Below are positions 25,001 through 38,878 of a stretch of 64,000 bases of DNA, in pieces. The stretch is from Diadema antillarum (taxonomy: Eukaryota), in assembly GCF_040938485.1 (NCBI RefSeq), contig NW_027271028.1, positions 3,286,001 through 3,350,000 of the forward strand, read 5' to 3'. The translations under genes were made by a program, and so were the position numbers. The notes below the pieces were generated by a model. That model did not search any database. It worked only from the letters and a program-made list of their open reading frames with translations, and was not told where the DNA came from. Every line of letters starts with the position of its first letter. The stretch's first letter is position 1.

Positions 25001-26545
25001 TTTTAGATAAACGTAAAATCATTCAGTTATGAAATCATTAAGGTATTGATCTTCTCAAGTGACTTTTTAACTCAAGCTCCATTAGTTAACTGACATGTGA
25101 AGCGCCCTCTAACCAAAACATGCAATGTCCCTTTGATCTGGTAAGAAGCTTTCCGTACAGTCTACCCATGTGAAGATGAAAATAAGCCAGTTCGGGGTTC
25201 CACTTTGCACATGAGCAGAAAAAGGTCATTTGTGCCAACAGGGCATGCTGGTTTATATATTTAACGAGATAAACACCTGTGATGTAATGATTATTCAAGT
25301 AATCCGATCTAACAGCAAAAAAATGGCATTTGGCAACATTGATACTAAAAGATATATTCCATGCAAGATAGTGAACTGGATGTTATCCCAAGTGTTAATT
25401 GATGGACTATTCTGGTCCCCTGGTCTATGCAAGTTCATCCTTTGTTTGAATATGACTCATGAATTCCATGAATTGCTATGTCGGGCAAGCTTATGCATTT
25501 TTATCACTTTAAAAACAAGTGAAGTAATGAGTAAAAACCAACTGAGTAAAAAAGAAAGGCCATTTGTACCCACGTTCACACGAGGTAATTCCAAACTGAC
25601 TTGTTGATTGTAATGTTAAACTGAAACACCTCACCATGATCGCTTTGATTTTAGTAAAGGGAATATCAAACAAATATATCAAAGTTTTTCATTTCACTTA
25701 GAAAGAGAATATAGGGAATCTTGAAGATATAGGCCTCCTACTTTTTTTTTCAAATTAGTGATATTGCACAATTATATATTCATATTTAATTAGGTAATTA
25801 TGTGATCACCTCACAAGTCTTACCTAAGGTTTCTTTCTGTAAATGAATGTAGACTGATGTCAGTATTGCGCATATGTTGGTTTTGAAATAATTCTAGTTG
25901 GTAGGTTTATTCCTGGTGGCCATCATAGCAATCATGTTTCATGCCACTGTGGACAAAGTGGTATGGATGTGAGGCAATGTGTAGGATGGATGGGGAGCCA
26001 ACGTGACAATCTGTGATTGCCGTTGATGTCAGGCCAGATTTTTGCGCCATCAAAGATTTGCCACGGCAGTCATAGCACGAATGAGAAACCTAGTAGACTG
26101 CAGTAAAATGGGGTGAATGACACTTAACTGCACATACAATACCAAAAAGAGAACACGAGGTTGTGAAGAAAGAAGGCTAAAAACTTGAATACAAAGAGGA
26201 AAAAATGGCCAAAATAATCATTATATGTATTGTGTGAGAATGTTGGGTAATGTTTCATGCCTTGTGATTTTCCATCAAATATGCCATTCATCCGTGCATT
26301 GTAAGTGTCACATTTGTTGTGTCCCAGCTTTCGGCTGTTACAAACATTTTCCAGAAAGGAGACATTGTTATGGATGACAAAGAAATACAAAAGTGCCTTG
26401 GTAGTAATTGCTGGATTTTAAAAAGCACATTTTTAGTGATCTGTTTCAGGGAACGCCCTTCTATGGCACAGAGGTAGTAGACCTTTCTCATTTGCGAGGA
26501 CCATGCTTTGTGGCGACAACAGAAAAAAAAAACTTCTGTAGGCCC

Positions 26546-26915
26546 ATTCACACTTACGGTGAAATACCGTGGTATTTCATGCAGTATTTTGTAACGTGAA
26601 CGCATGTACATCACCAAGTGCCTCACAAAATATCTTTCGAATTGGCATGATATTTAGCCAAGTAACTCAAACTTCACGCAAAATACGCATATGAGCTTCG
26701 TGTGTGAATCGTCTCACGAAATACCACCCACCATTACTGCAGTGTATTTCTCGCCTGACCTGACACACCTTCGGTCCTCTCGCCATAGGAGATATGCGTA
26801 TGCCCATTGCTTGGCATGGAGAGTTGTTCTTCGGGCCAGGAATACCATGGTATTTTGTCAATGTAATGATAAGAAAATGTAATACCGCAGTATATATTAC
26901 CATGGCCAATGCTGA
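26546..26915. mobile_element. Possible decayed Harbinger-like non-autonomous element
   Basis: Begins GGCCCATTCACACT and carries repeated palindromic AATACC(G/A)TGGTATT motifs (~26562, ~26841, degenerate at ~26881). No matching right TIR found. Confidence 0.3.
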
Positions 26916-28829
26916 GGAACATCTTCAGTGTGTCTGTGAGGGGGGTTCAAGAGTCAATGGCTTTATCAGGAGGAAGCTAGGGATGGAACCCTTGGAAAAT
27001 CACTGGTTTTGTGTTTCGATTTTCTTTTCTTTTTTCTTTGAAGAGCCAAAAAGTATAATACCTCACAGCCCCTTACACGTTACCCTGCATGGTACTTTGC
27101 TGATGAGAATGATGACATCATATAACATTATACTTAACACTGTGGTAATTCTGATATGAACGTACCTTGTGTCGTAAAAAAATTGTTCTCTCCATGAGGT
27201 TCTTCTCTAAGTTCTCTTTCTCAGAAACGGTTCCCCCAGCTAAGCTTTTGACATTTTGGAATTTCAGGGATCCGTTTTACGAGCACATTCATCAATCTAT
27301 GGGCAAGTTTGCAGAGTCTCGGGGAAAGAACATGTTGGGTGTTTCAAAGTGTGAATTATGAAATTTCAGAGGAAGTTTGATGGCCTAACTTCTCCGTTGG
27401 GTACACATACATTCACACTAGACTGAAAATTGCACATGAATGTCCTATATCATTGATATCATGAGATTCAAATTAAACAAATTCTGTGTGATATCATGGG
27501 ACGTGTGTGAAAAATGAGAGTTCATTTATTCACTCCATTCAAATAATTTTAAGGTAGCAATTCAATTTATTGATATTGTACAACTTGTAAAAAAAGTCAT
27601 CATTTGTCACAATAAACAAACTGAATAGTTCATTTTAAGAGTGTATAATATTTGTGCACTTTGGAAACAGAACTTATCAAAGTAAATAATTGGAACACAC
27701 TGTTTATTTTTCATTCTGATGGAATGTAAATAATATAGTAAAAACTCAGACATTCACACACACAACACACACACACACACACACATACATACAAGCACAC
27801 ATACATATACTCAAAAAGAAGTATTATTGCGAAGAATCAATGTTACTGAAGTGAGTTTTCCTTCCGATGAAGAAAAATGTTGTGACAAATTTACTCTTCA
27901 AGAAAGGTTCTCCACAAGGGTCTACCAGGACATGCCTTGGGTTACATGATATATTTGTTTTAAATGCTGTTACAAAATTATTGATCTTGTAACAATACTT
28001 TTGTTTTAAGTTGTCTGTTTTTATGTCCATCTATATATCTCTATATATGTATACATTTCTGAAATTATTCATTCACATGTATGTCTATTCATTGCTCTTA
28101 CTGTTGTGCTGACAACCACACAGTGGTTTCAAGATTCAAATTTATTTTCATTTCCATCAAATAAACACAAATTATATACAATGTGTAAGCAGAAGATATT
28201 TGTAATAATTGCAACAAAAAAAAATGTGATTAAACAAAGTACATGTGAAAATGAGTAACAAATGAAGAAAACACAATTGTATTTTTGGTTGGTTCTGGAA
28301 GCCAGCCAGGTCATGGATCCATAGTGGAGGAGAAGATGAAAAGGGGAAAGATTTTCTCCCCTTTGCCCCTTGTCCCCACTCTCAACTCCCTCCCTCCCCC
28401 CTTTTTTTGAGAAAGCTAGAGAGGGATCTGCTAAAGGTTAGGGTGATGATATGTCTTCTGACTGAACCCCAATTATAGTTGAAAGGAAACATTCCAGAGT
28501 GAGTAGATTCTAGTCCAAGGGCAGTTGGGGTGGGGGGGGGGGGGGGATGGGGAGGGGTGGAGGAAAATAGGATGGACAGAAGGCTTGAGAGATGGTACAT
28601 ACAGAATGAGAAAGAAAAGAAAAGAAAAAACAGGAGGAGACAGAAAGAGGGGGGAAGGAGGAGGGGGTGGGGCAATATAGAATCTAATTGTGATTGGACA
28701 GAAACAGTTGAAGTTATTCCTCCGACAGTTGAATTTATTCCCCTAAACAATCTTTCTCCCACACTTGTTCAGCTCTGGGGAGATCACACTTTGTATTTCT
28801 ACATTTGGGATTATCAAAGGGATTATTAA

Positions 28830-29351
28830 AAGATTATTAATTTACTAGTTGCAGATGAAACCAAAACCCAGCTTTAGTGCTTCAAAAATAGTTCTAAAAT
28901 GTGAGTTAGGGATAGAAACAACCAATGTAAAAAACTGAATCAGTATAATGGATATTAAGCATTGAAAAATATACAAAATGTGAACAATAGTTAAAATGAA
29001 AATGATTCCAGACTAAATGGTCTACAGTTATGGCTCATTGAGAAAAATAGTGATATTTCCTTATATATTAGGCTTTATTGCAATATTTTTAGATGATTGG
29101 ATGTTTTGTGATACAACTGACCTACACATATGCATCCAATGACATTTTCAAAAAGAAACTTAAACCCATTTATTTCTAGAACAGAACTGAGGATTATGTA
29201 AAGCTGATTATTTGTATTCATAGTTGATTTTTATGATTGTTTGTTTGTTTTGATCATTGTAAAGTGCTTCAAAACTTGTTTGTATTAAGTGTTATATTAC
29301 GATGATTATCATTATTATTTAAATCACTGCCCCCAATGGTAAATAATACCT
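28830..29351 (+). mobile_element. TTAA-flanked Kolobok-type non-autonomous element, copy A, with an internal ~160-bp insertion
   Basis: Colinear with 48634-49003 (GCAGATGAAAC...CAGCTTTAGTGCTTC...GGATGTTTTGTGATACAACTGACCTACACATATGCATC...TTTAAATCACTGC). The right end is AATGGTAAATAATACCT|TTAA. Confidence 0.75.
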
Positions 29352-30509
29352 TTAAAAGAGGGTGCTATGTACATCAAAGGACCTAGACAGAGAGAGAATC
29401 AGAAAGAGAGAGAGAGAGAGAAGGGGGGGGGGGGGAGATAGACACCAGTCGAATGTGGAGGTACAAGTTGAAGCGAGGCTGGTATGGTAGTTCTCCATAC
29501 ATATGCCAGGAGATTTAAGTGTTTTGAGCGGGGTGATTACTCTCAGGAATTGCCAGACACGGGTGGTCTGCCTCCTCGATATTTTTCAAAAATATGGAAA
29601 TTCGTGGGTGAAGATTGTTGTTGTTATTGTTGTGAAGGGGGCAATGGACCTGAGGCAGCCTCTCTGATGTATTTTACATAAGTTTGAGTTACCACAAAAC
29701 CCCATGTGTGTGAGGCCTGTCTTCCTGGCAGTAAAATCCCTTCTATAATCATACTGCTTCTGAGAAAATAACTCTGAATTTCTCCTTTTCAAAGTAATAT
29801 GCTTGGCCAGAAATCACATTCACTGCAAAAGTAACAACAGTGTCTGTCTGTTGGGTTAATATCATTGTTATTTCAGAATCTAGGTGGGTTATTAAAATGG
29901 CACATCCTGTCCCAAATTCAGATTGATAATTTCTCACAAATTTCCCAGAGATCTTGTTGTCCCCCCCCCCCTTTTTTTTTTAATATGAGTCTACAAAATA
30001 TGAAATTATATCCCATGCGTCTCATTATTATTGTTGCAATGATTTAGCAATAATCATTTTTCAAGAATGTATTATCTTAACACTGTTATTGTCCAGTGAT
30101 TACTGCAATAGCATTCTTATGTACTAATCAATATATGGGTCATTCCATGGGGTTGGGCCTGCTCTAGATTTTCATGTTGTGCAGGGAATAAAAGTCATAT
30201 TCTGAAAATTTTATCAAATAATTGCTTGTGGTTTGTGGTTATTCTTGGAGAGAGATGTGTGAAGAATTATCTGATGAATAAAAAACAAGCCTGTGTACAA
30301 ATTTATTTTGTCTGTGACTGTTTCATTGTTGATGTCTCATGGTTTTTTTGTGGTACCAGGTGTGACAAAAATATATGCCATTTTCATGGCAATGTAATAC
30401 AGAAATACACAACCTTTCAGCATTATGCCTATCATAATTAAGAGAGGCAAGGTGACTTCTACAAAGACTATAAGGCACATAAACATGTGTCACAAAATAA
30501 GAACACCAG

Positions 30510-33200
30510 AGCATCTTGAAGCAACCTCATACCGATGTTACAAACGAAGTCCGCGGCGATTTTTGTTGTAACATCGGTATTGCATGGTTTTACATACACT
30601 TATAATCATAATATGATCAGAAACTTGATTTCTATAATTAGACTCTTATTTTAGGAGTATTATTGTCCAAAAATTAGCATCAAAAAGCTCCAAATAAAAG
30701 AGAAAACACAGAACATATTACCGTACTTCCGTCCGAAGTCCGGCCTCTTCGTGTAACATCGGATAAGAAAGTCGCGCTCGCGACAAAAAGAAGAGCTACT
30801 AACTTCAGCAATCGTATTTACGTCACTGGCAGTACTTCCCCAACGGCGGGAAGACCACTTACAGCCCGTTCACACCTACCTGGACGGCGCAAGACCCGTT
30901 TTTCTGCTGTAGTCCGTGTTACATCGGTACGTGAATTTCGATGTTTCCGATCGGGAATTTCAATGTTTCCGATGTCAATCAGTAAGCTTGTATGCTATTT
31001 TACGAAGTAAATAACTTTTGTCACATTTTGTAAACTGTATTGGAGGAAAAAAACGATATTAAAACCACTAAACTGGCCAAATATACGGTGGACGATGATG
31101 CTGTTAACACGCTGTAGTCCCACATACTGAGATATTTGTTACTTGTTCATGTTCGTAATTGTGATCGCCAAATTTCCCCTTTTATGCCCGTCTCTGCAAA
31201 AGGAGCATGTGTTCCTCTCTTAGAAAACCGTACAAAAGTATGTCCAGTGTATCTTCACGGCAATATAACATTATTTTACCTCCCGATTCTTGTGAATTTT
31301 GGACCTTACTTATGTCATTCGTATCTACCAAGTAGATGTGCTGAACGTTAGTACGGTACTATGAAGTTGGAATACGTAGACGTCCAGACTGCGTCTGAGC
31401 TAAAGAAAGAGTTTGCCCAATTTTGTTGTTGATATTTTGGGAATTAAGAGCTGTTAGATTCTTTCTCTTGAACAGATTTACAATGTCAGTGTTTTCCTTT
31501 CAAGATTTCACTGACCTGTTAATAGTGTAAGATGGCTTTACGGTGCTCTGATGAAGCAGTACATGGGTTCACTGTTTCCATTCCAAGTTCACCCACTGTA
31601 AAGTCTCAAAGCTAAAATGCCAGTTTCGTATTCATTTTGGGTAGGTAATTGGTAGGAAATAGTTCCATGTGTACCACAATCAAAATTGGCATAATATTGG
31701 TCTATCCTATCCTAAAAAGAGGGCAAAAATTTTGAATTTGATGGGGATTGAGTACCGTAAAAAAAAAGGGGGGGGGGCCTAGTATTTTGTTTGAGGTCTA
31801 TTTGGAATAGGACCGTAACCGTAAACCTAACCCTATCCCTTACCCTAGCCATGACACTGGGGGCAGCACCCTGCCCTTGGCCTTGCTAGCTTACATAGAT
31901 GTGAAGAAAAAAAATTAGCGTAGAATATGAAAATGATTTTTTACATGCTATATTATTATTAATATTATTAACATTACTGCTGTACATCATTTTAAGCGTA
32001 ACCCATATTTTTTTTTATTTTTTATTTTTTGGTGGATGGTACACATGGAACTGTAGCCAACTGGTATGACAAGAGGTAGAAAGGTAAGCAAAATTGTCCA
32101 AATTATTTAATTCCATTCATATACACAGATACATCAACAGGAATATAAAGAGTACACAGAAACAAATTTTCTGTTAATTCTTTCATTTTATTTCTCTTCA
32201 CACCTTTTGTCCAGTTTGTCGATGAATCTGCCATGGATCCTCCTCTGCCGCCGCTACGTGATTAAACTACGTGAAAGAGTGAAAAGGGCACAGCCACAGC
32301 ACTCCACAAACAGAGAGAGGAAACTGACAAAGCAACACCAAAGAAGAGCGAACATAAACTAGACAAAAAGAAAACTGCACGGAGGGAAAATGGACATTGT
32401 AGAAAAGAGCAGAAATTAACTTCAAACAAAGAACATGGAGAAGACAAGAAAACTTGTATGATTTCTCTTTATTAGTTTTCATAGTTGAGTTGACAGTTGA
32501 TGAAGTTGTTAGAGTATATAAGGTCAAATTGTGTAAGGCTTGACATCATTCTTCTTCTTATTATTAAGTCTACCTTCTTTCATACCAGAGTTACAAAGAA
32601 TTGAAGTCTGTGTAACATAGGTGTTGTTCCAAAGGTATACAGCAGGTATAATTCCAAAGAACTGTTACATTAGTGTTATTCATGGGAACATACATAAAGT
32701 CTATGTGTGTAGGTTTTAACATCTGACACCACAACAAAGGAAATCAGTTGATATGTCGTAATGTACCTATGTTACGAAGACATACTGTCCGTGTAACATA
32801 GGTAGTATACTGTGGACAAGGTTGTAGTACGAAAACCCCTGATGATAACAATAAAATCATGTTTTCACTTGAATGTCCATACAACTCACTTGCCTCGACT
32901 GTAGTTTTTTAAAGAATATTGTTATTGTGTCACTCTTGAGGAAAAAGTTAAACCTTTGGTTAAAATTGTAAATGGTTTGTAGAAAAAACATGTTAATAAA
33001 AGTGTCTTGCAGTTGATATCAGAATGGACAATCTTACTAATAATGATCTCGTGTGCCTGTCAGATAACATGTTGATGTGTTATGGTGGAAAAAAACTGGG
33101 ATATGTTCATTGTTATCATTTCAGAACACAAAATTATTGAGGATGTCACAAAATGAAGTCCATGTAACGTAGGTATTTGTCATACCTGTTTACCCATGCT
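30510..33200. mobile_element. Putative large decayed DNA-transposon relic with a repeated 10-bp motif and a CpG-rich left arm
   Basis: Eight copies of GT(A/T)AC(A/G)T(C/A)GG in both orientations. CpG-rich segment at 30510-31400 and a broken K/R/E-rich frame near 32270-32450. Ends not defined. Confidence 0.35.
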
Positions 33201-34599
33201 GACTGAAAGTGTGCGAAGTAATAAACAGATTTCTAGTGGAATAAGTTGAAGAATGGGAGTAACAAATCAGGGGGAAAAAGAAAATTTCAATTTACCCAAC
33301 TTGAATTTTCAACTTGTATGTCACAATTTCAGTCCCAACCCCATGGAATTACCCATATGAGGTTGGAGATAACATTATATCACCTCAGATAATTTGATCA
33401 ATAATACTCTCTCATAAACACTTACAAAACTTTAAATTCCATGATACTTTATGTTGTTCAAGTCCAATAAAACATTTACTGATTTGTTTGTTCATTTCAA
33501 TCTTAGTTGATTTGAACATAACTGTATGTTTAAGTATATGTTATATACAATTAAGAAATATATATGCAAAACTGATGTATCTATTTTTATGGAACTGATA
33601 TGCTTGTGATTGAAGCTGCTGATAAACAAAGGAAATGAATAGAATATGTGTGATGATTTTGATAATATCTTTAAAAATATTTCTCATTATGTAACGAGTA
33701 AGATTATTTAAAAGATTTCATTTTTGTATAAATTTGATGATGACCCTAACTGAAAAAAAAAGTTGAAAATGGCATTCGTCAGTTTTTGCATTTAAACTCT
33801 TTGGATATATATCAGATGATATATATTATATCATATCATATCATACTTAATCATATCATATAGTATCATGTATATTTGTTACATGTCATTTCATGCCATT
33901 GTCCTCTGTTTACAGTGAGTACCAGTCTCTAGGGGTCTTTCACACTGGTGTCTCATTTGTGTTTGAGGTATTAGTCTTTATTTTTCATGCTCTTTTTCTA
34001 TATATTTTGATTTGTCTGTAGTTATGCATCATTTTTGAGACATCAGACAAAGGTGTACTAATAGAAATACTCATAATTTGGTGTAATGGTGTGATAATAA
34101 CATCAGGAACAGAGTAGTGGTCATGTTTGACAGTTACTGGTTTTTGTGGTACATTTGGAAATATATGATATCATGAGGAAAATTGTGATATAAAGAGCAT
34201 GGAATCTACATTCCTTCAGTAATCATGAATTGCTTGTGACATCTAAAGAGATCCTCTTTCCTGTTGGAATTTCTTATTATTTTCACATCATGTGGCTTTG
34301 AGAGGATTTACCACTCTGAAATGTCTATTTACAGGACCTTTTTAAGGGGAAATTTAATTTCCAGTAAAGGATTGGGCAGCACAGTGGTATGTAGTCTTGG
34401 GTTGTTATCTTATTTTAGTAGCCAGTATCAATAAAGTCTGTCTAATTTAGTTTTTGCACTGCCATTCCTCTTGATGATCTTTTATCTTATCAGAAGAGCT
34501 ATCTAATAAAAACTTCTCCGGGCCGACACAGTCTCCCTTCGATTATTGTAACTTGTATTGACACCAAAATGATTGAAAGAATGAGATGAAATGGATTTG

Positions 34600-35320
34600 T
34601 AATTTCATCAGAGCCCTCAGTGTGACCACAGTCGTGGCTATTTTGTGGTTTTAGTCCGCCGACTTTATCAGGCGCTACTCAGGCGCCTGCCAGTGTGCAT
34701 GGCAAAAGTTATGAGGAGCATAATGCAAGGTCGCAGCCAAGCGGTAAACCTCTTTGACTTGTAAGCAGCGGGCAGGATATGCCATCGTCAAATCCAGGGC
34801 CACTTTTCCGCGCCATTACGCCACGCAGCTCCCGTGTAAGCCGGCTTAATGATGTCACAGGGTTCCCCTGCGCGTGTCGCTGCACATGTTATTAACTATC
34901 TTGTCTTGGCTAAACATGGCGCTGCGGCGAAAGCGATTAGCCATGTGGCAAAGATCTTGTGACATGCGCACGTTACATATCTCGTTATCCAGTTAGCGCT
35001 GACATGTCTCTGATTAAGTGCAACAACAAGAGCATACATAAGCCGGCCGATGATCTTTTTAATTAGCCCCTAATTGCCGGGCATGCAGAAAGCAAAGGAC
35101 TCGTGCATTCCAGCCAGTCGGCAACTTCGGGTCAAGGCTAGGTGTACCCACATCCAGGCGCCACAGACAGTCCGGCATTCCCCGGCAACCAGATGTTGCT
35201 GGATGTCACTTTCCGTGGTTGCCCCGTCGTCCCAGCATGCCGAGCAGGCAAAGGCCTCGTGAGAGGCTGCATGTTTGGGACCGCGCCATCGAATGTTAAT
35301 CATCCGTGCGAGTTAGCCTT
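34600..35320. promoter_or_regulatory. CpG-rich non-coding island, candidate enhancer
   Basis: Locally dense CG dinucleotides with TAAT/ATTA and TGACA motifs; no credible ORF or TIR. Confidence 0.4.
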
Positions 35321-36762
35321 CTCTCCCTCTCTCTTTCTCTTTCAGTCTGTGACAAGCTTGGTGATATTGTTTGATTGTGTTTGATTCTTTTTTGTTTGTT
35401 TGTTTTGTTGTTCATTAAAGTTTGCCCACATCACATTGCAAAGTCTTTTTGTTCTCAAAATCATAACAAAAACAAATGCAGAAACTTGTGCTCATAATGT
35501 CACATGTAAACCCCAAAATTAATAGCTATATCAATCATCAAGATGCATATTCATTGATGCTATCTTGTGTAATGAGAGTTGCGGGTAACATTAGTATTCC
35601 CTGTTCAGGATATCTAAATCTTTTGTTACAAGTGGCCATTTTTCTTTTGAAGTTTGCTCCATTTGTGCGATGAATTAGATGAGGCTTCCATATATATACT
35701 ACCTCATCATCTGCCAGGCTTGGCGGTGGCCGACTCTAGTTCTCCCAACCATTCATGCTGACGTAGACAGCACCCATGTGAAGCGGGTAACATCAGCAAG
35801 TCGGCATCTGGGGAATTCATTCCGAATTTCTGGGTCGAGCTCCGTTTGTATGTGACCAATCAAATAGTACTTAGGGAAGGCAATGTCCCACAATCTGTTG
35901 TTGTTGTTTCTTTCAATGGTGAACAGGGTCACTGCTTAAAGGGAAGCTGCACTCCAACTGTTAGTCAGCTCGAGTGAATAGCTTAAGATTAAACATACAG
36001 AATGGTAGAAGTTTCATGAAAGTGATAAGTGAATGTAAAAGTGTTACATGCTTTCATTAAACTTAAAAATCCATAAAATTCCCATTCTGTGTCAAATTTG
36101 ATTGATCTTTCCTCATCAGGGCAAATCAGACAGTCCTGTAACTTAAGAAATTAGGTGGTACCCTCTATTCATTTTCAAACAAAGAACAAATTTCACCAAA
36201 AATTCCGTACTTTAAGAGTGTCTCCCCCTGTCTGTTTTTGTGTATATATGTATGTATGTATTGTGTATTTTTGTTCCATGACTGATAGGAATGATATAAG
36301 AGGGCAACATGCATCCAGTATAGGAGAGTGTCTGTAGTAGATCAAATCTATGAAAAAAAAAATGTTATGATGTCGTGTGTCTTTTTTCTGATTTATGTTT
36401 TGTTTGTTTATTGTTTGAGAACAGACTTTTTCCAATTTTCATACTACAAGAGACTTTAAGTGACACTTTTGATATGATCCTTCGCAATATCATGTCCAAG
36501 CTTTACAGGTGCAAAGTGACACTTGCTTGTCACTTTCATTCCAAGGATGATGTCTGGTGAAATGTGTGCTTATAATCATAGGGTCATAGCTAAAATGTGC
36601 CTGTGTCTCACTTGGAATTGAGCTAAATGTAACAAGTACAAGTATTAACAATATTGGAGTTGCGTAGCACTTTCTTTACAGCATGCATTAGTCATTTTAA
36701 GAAAATGTTCAGATTGTGTAAGAATATTTAAAGATCTGTGCTGGATGGGCATACATGCTTAC

Positions 36763-36795
36763 CAAAGACTCTGAGGACAGTGTATGAAAATGGAG
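36763..36795 (-). CDS. Candidate 33-nt symmetric micro-exon
   Basis: Minus strand: ttgtttttgttgcag|CTCCATTTTCATACACTGTCCTCAGAGTCTTTG|gtaagcatg. All three frames are open; phase 1 reads (A)PFSYTVLRVF. A GCATG motif overlaps the donor. Confidence 0.36.
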
Positions 36796-37383
36796 CTGCA
36801 ACAAAAACAAGTGCAGGTAGTAATAGCTGTTAAATGTTTCAAGAGAGTAAAATAAAATGCTGAGGTAATGAATTAGCCATACAAAACTTTTCCCCACAGA
36901 CAATATTTTAGTATCAACCATTGCATAAATGGCTAGATAGCATAGTGTATTTGTTCATAAAAATTGAGAGAGACAGCATTATGTCCAATCATATTATATG
37001 CTTCAGGGTTTGTTTGTTTGTTTGTTTGTTTGTTTGTTTTCATCTGAACATCATTATTCAGCTCAGTCACCAACGTTCCAGAAATTATTTCTTTTTAATG
37101 AAGCCACCATAGTGATAAACAATGTCTTGAAGGCCCAGCATATGTGCTTGCACTCTCTCTATATAATATAGCATGATGAATTCTTTATCATTTGTATGCT
37201 TTTATCTGTCTCTGGGTTAAAGGAATACGAGCTTCATGACCGCGGGTCATAAAAATTGACAGGGCAATTACTCAACCAAGATTTTTCGTCTCCCTTATCT
37301 CTCCCTCTGTGATATGTCTGTTTCACTTGCTTTTTTTGTCTTTTTTTTTAATCTGATGTAATGTATCATAGTGCGGTGTTTTA

Positions 37384-37912
37384 GGCTGTCTTCACACGTA
37401 TTGAGAGTGCGTAATTTGAATCACAATTCTAATGAAGCATCACTAAAATCATGATTCAAATTGTGCATTTTGGCTGTATATTATATATGCAAACTGGAAT
37501 CGCAGAGGGCGATTTGAATTGGAATCTAATTCCAATCGTTATTCAAATGATGGTCAGGAAATGTTTTCCAATCACAATTCTTGCGAATTACGGAATGAAA
37601 CAGTCTTGTGTGCGGATTGACCTCCGAATCATGTATTGGGGGCAGGGCTTACAGTGACCTTTCAACTGCTTAAATGCAGAAAACTGTGCTCCTCCAATGT
37701 GCGCACTGTAGTCAAAGCACACTGCTGACCACTCAAGAGCGATTGATGGGAACTCGGAAAGAAGCCACACCCCTCCCTGCTCTGAACTTCAAAATGACAG
37801 AATCTGTGACGCCTTCCTCAGGCGCGTGTACGGACCATAATTCTATTGTAATTGTAATCATAATTGAAATTCAACTTTGCAATTACGTTTCTCAACCCGT
37901 GTGAAAATGGCC
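37384..37912. mobile_element. 529-bp PIF/Harbinger-type MITE
   Basis: Left end GGCTGTCTTCACACGTATTGAGAGTGCGTAATT; reverse complement of right end GGCCATTTTCACACGGGTTGAGAAACGTAATT. Flanks are TTA and ATA (TWA-like). Confidence 0.72.
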
Positions 37913-38472
37913 ATAGTTCGTTTTGCCCCGTAGTGGCCAGAGTCGTATAATCTTGGTTTACAGTATAAGTGTGCTTGGGAATTGAAGGTGAAGGTCTCAA
38001 GTTACGACTCCAGTTTATCGTTGTTTATTGGTCTCTCATGCATAGTTTAAGTCCTTTTTTTCTTCAAGGACTTGCAGAGAATATCACTATAAGGAAATTT
38101 CCTCTACAAAAGAAGATACAATTCATTGATTTGCACTGGACCTTTTAGTAAATTGTTGAACATGGGAAATACACTTGTTGCCCAAGAATGAGTGTGAGAA
38201 AAGGTTTGATCATTGTTAGATTGAGTCCGTACCTGTTTGCACTCGGTCATGATTGTATGATAACATGTAGCAACCCTCCTGGATATGACAAAATTTTTAT
38301 CATGTACATTTCATAATTCAGCAAAGCATAACAGGAGAATAGTTCAGAAATATCATTTCCATTCAAGTATCGTTCATTTGCAGCAAAGGAAATGTAGTGG
38401 TGTAGTAATACAGAAGAAACATGGTTTTGTTTGGACAGCATTAATTGGAAATTTCAGGAATGAATTTGTTAA

Positions 38473-38557
38473 CCTGTTGAAGACTAGTTCCAGGTATACT
38501 CAAGCAGGAGTCTATGAGAAATAAGTGTTATAGCAAAATCAGCCCACCCTCAACAGG
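38473..38557 (-). mobile_element. 85-bp piggyBac-type MITE, copy 3 (most diverged, inverted)
   Basis: TTAA|CCTGTTGAAGAC...CCCTCAACAGG|CTAA, with internal GTATACTC and TAGCAAAATCAG. Confidence 0.8.
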
Positions 38558-38845
38558 CTAATATTCCTTTTTTTCATGTAATCCAATACAGTGATGGCAT
38601 TGATGACATGCATTTGTGGAACTTAAAAGGTGTACAAGTGAGCTTGGTTTATTTTGTGTCTTTGACTGTTTGATACTGGACCTTCACACAACTTACAAAG
38701 GTTCGATTTTTCTTAGGTTTTGTTTTGTTTTGTTTTGTTTTCTACAGATTTATTGATCCATGGCATAGAAATGTCATGGAAACACTACATTGTGTTCAGC
38801 TTGATTGCAGGATGTTGTTTCTTGTTTTTGGGTCTGTGAAGAGCA

Positions 38846-38878
<33 letters not shown>

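Noticed and set aside
31790-31845. Telomere-like TAACC/ACCCTA motifs
   Set aside because: There are only a few degenerate units, a common low-complexity motif rather than an interstitial telomere.
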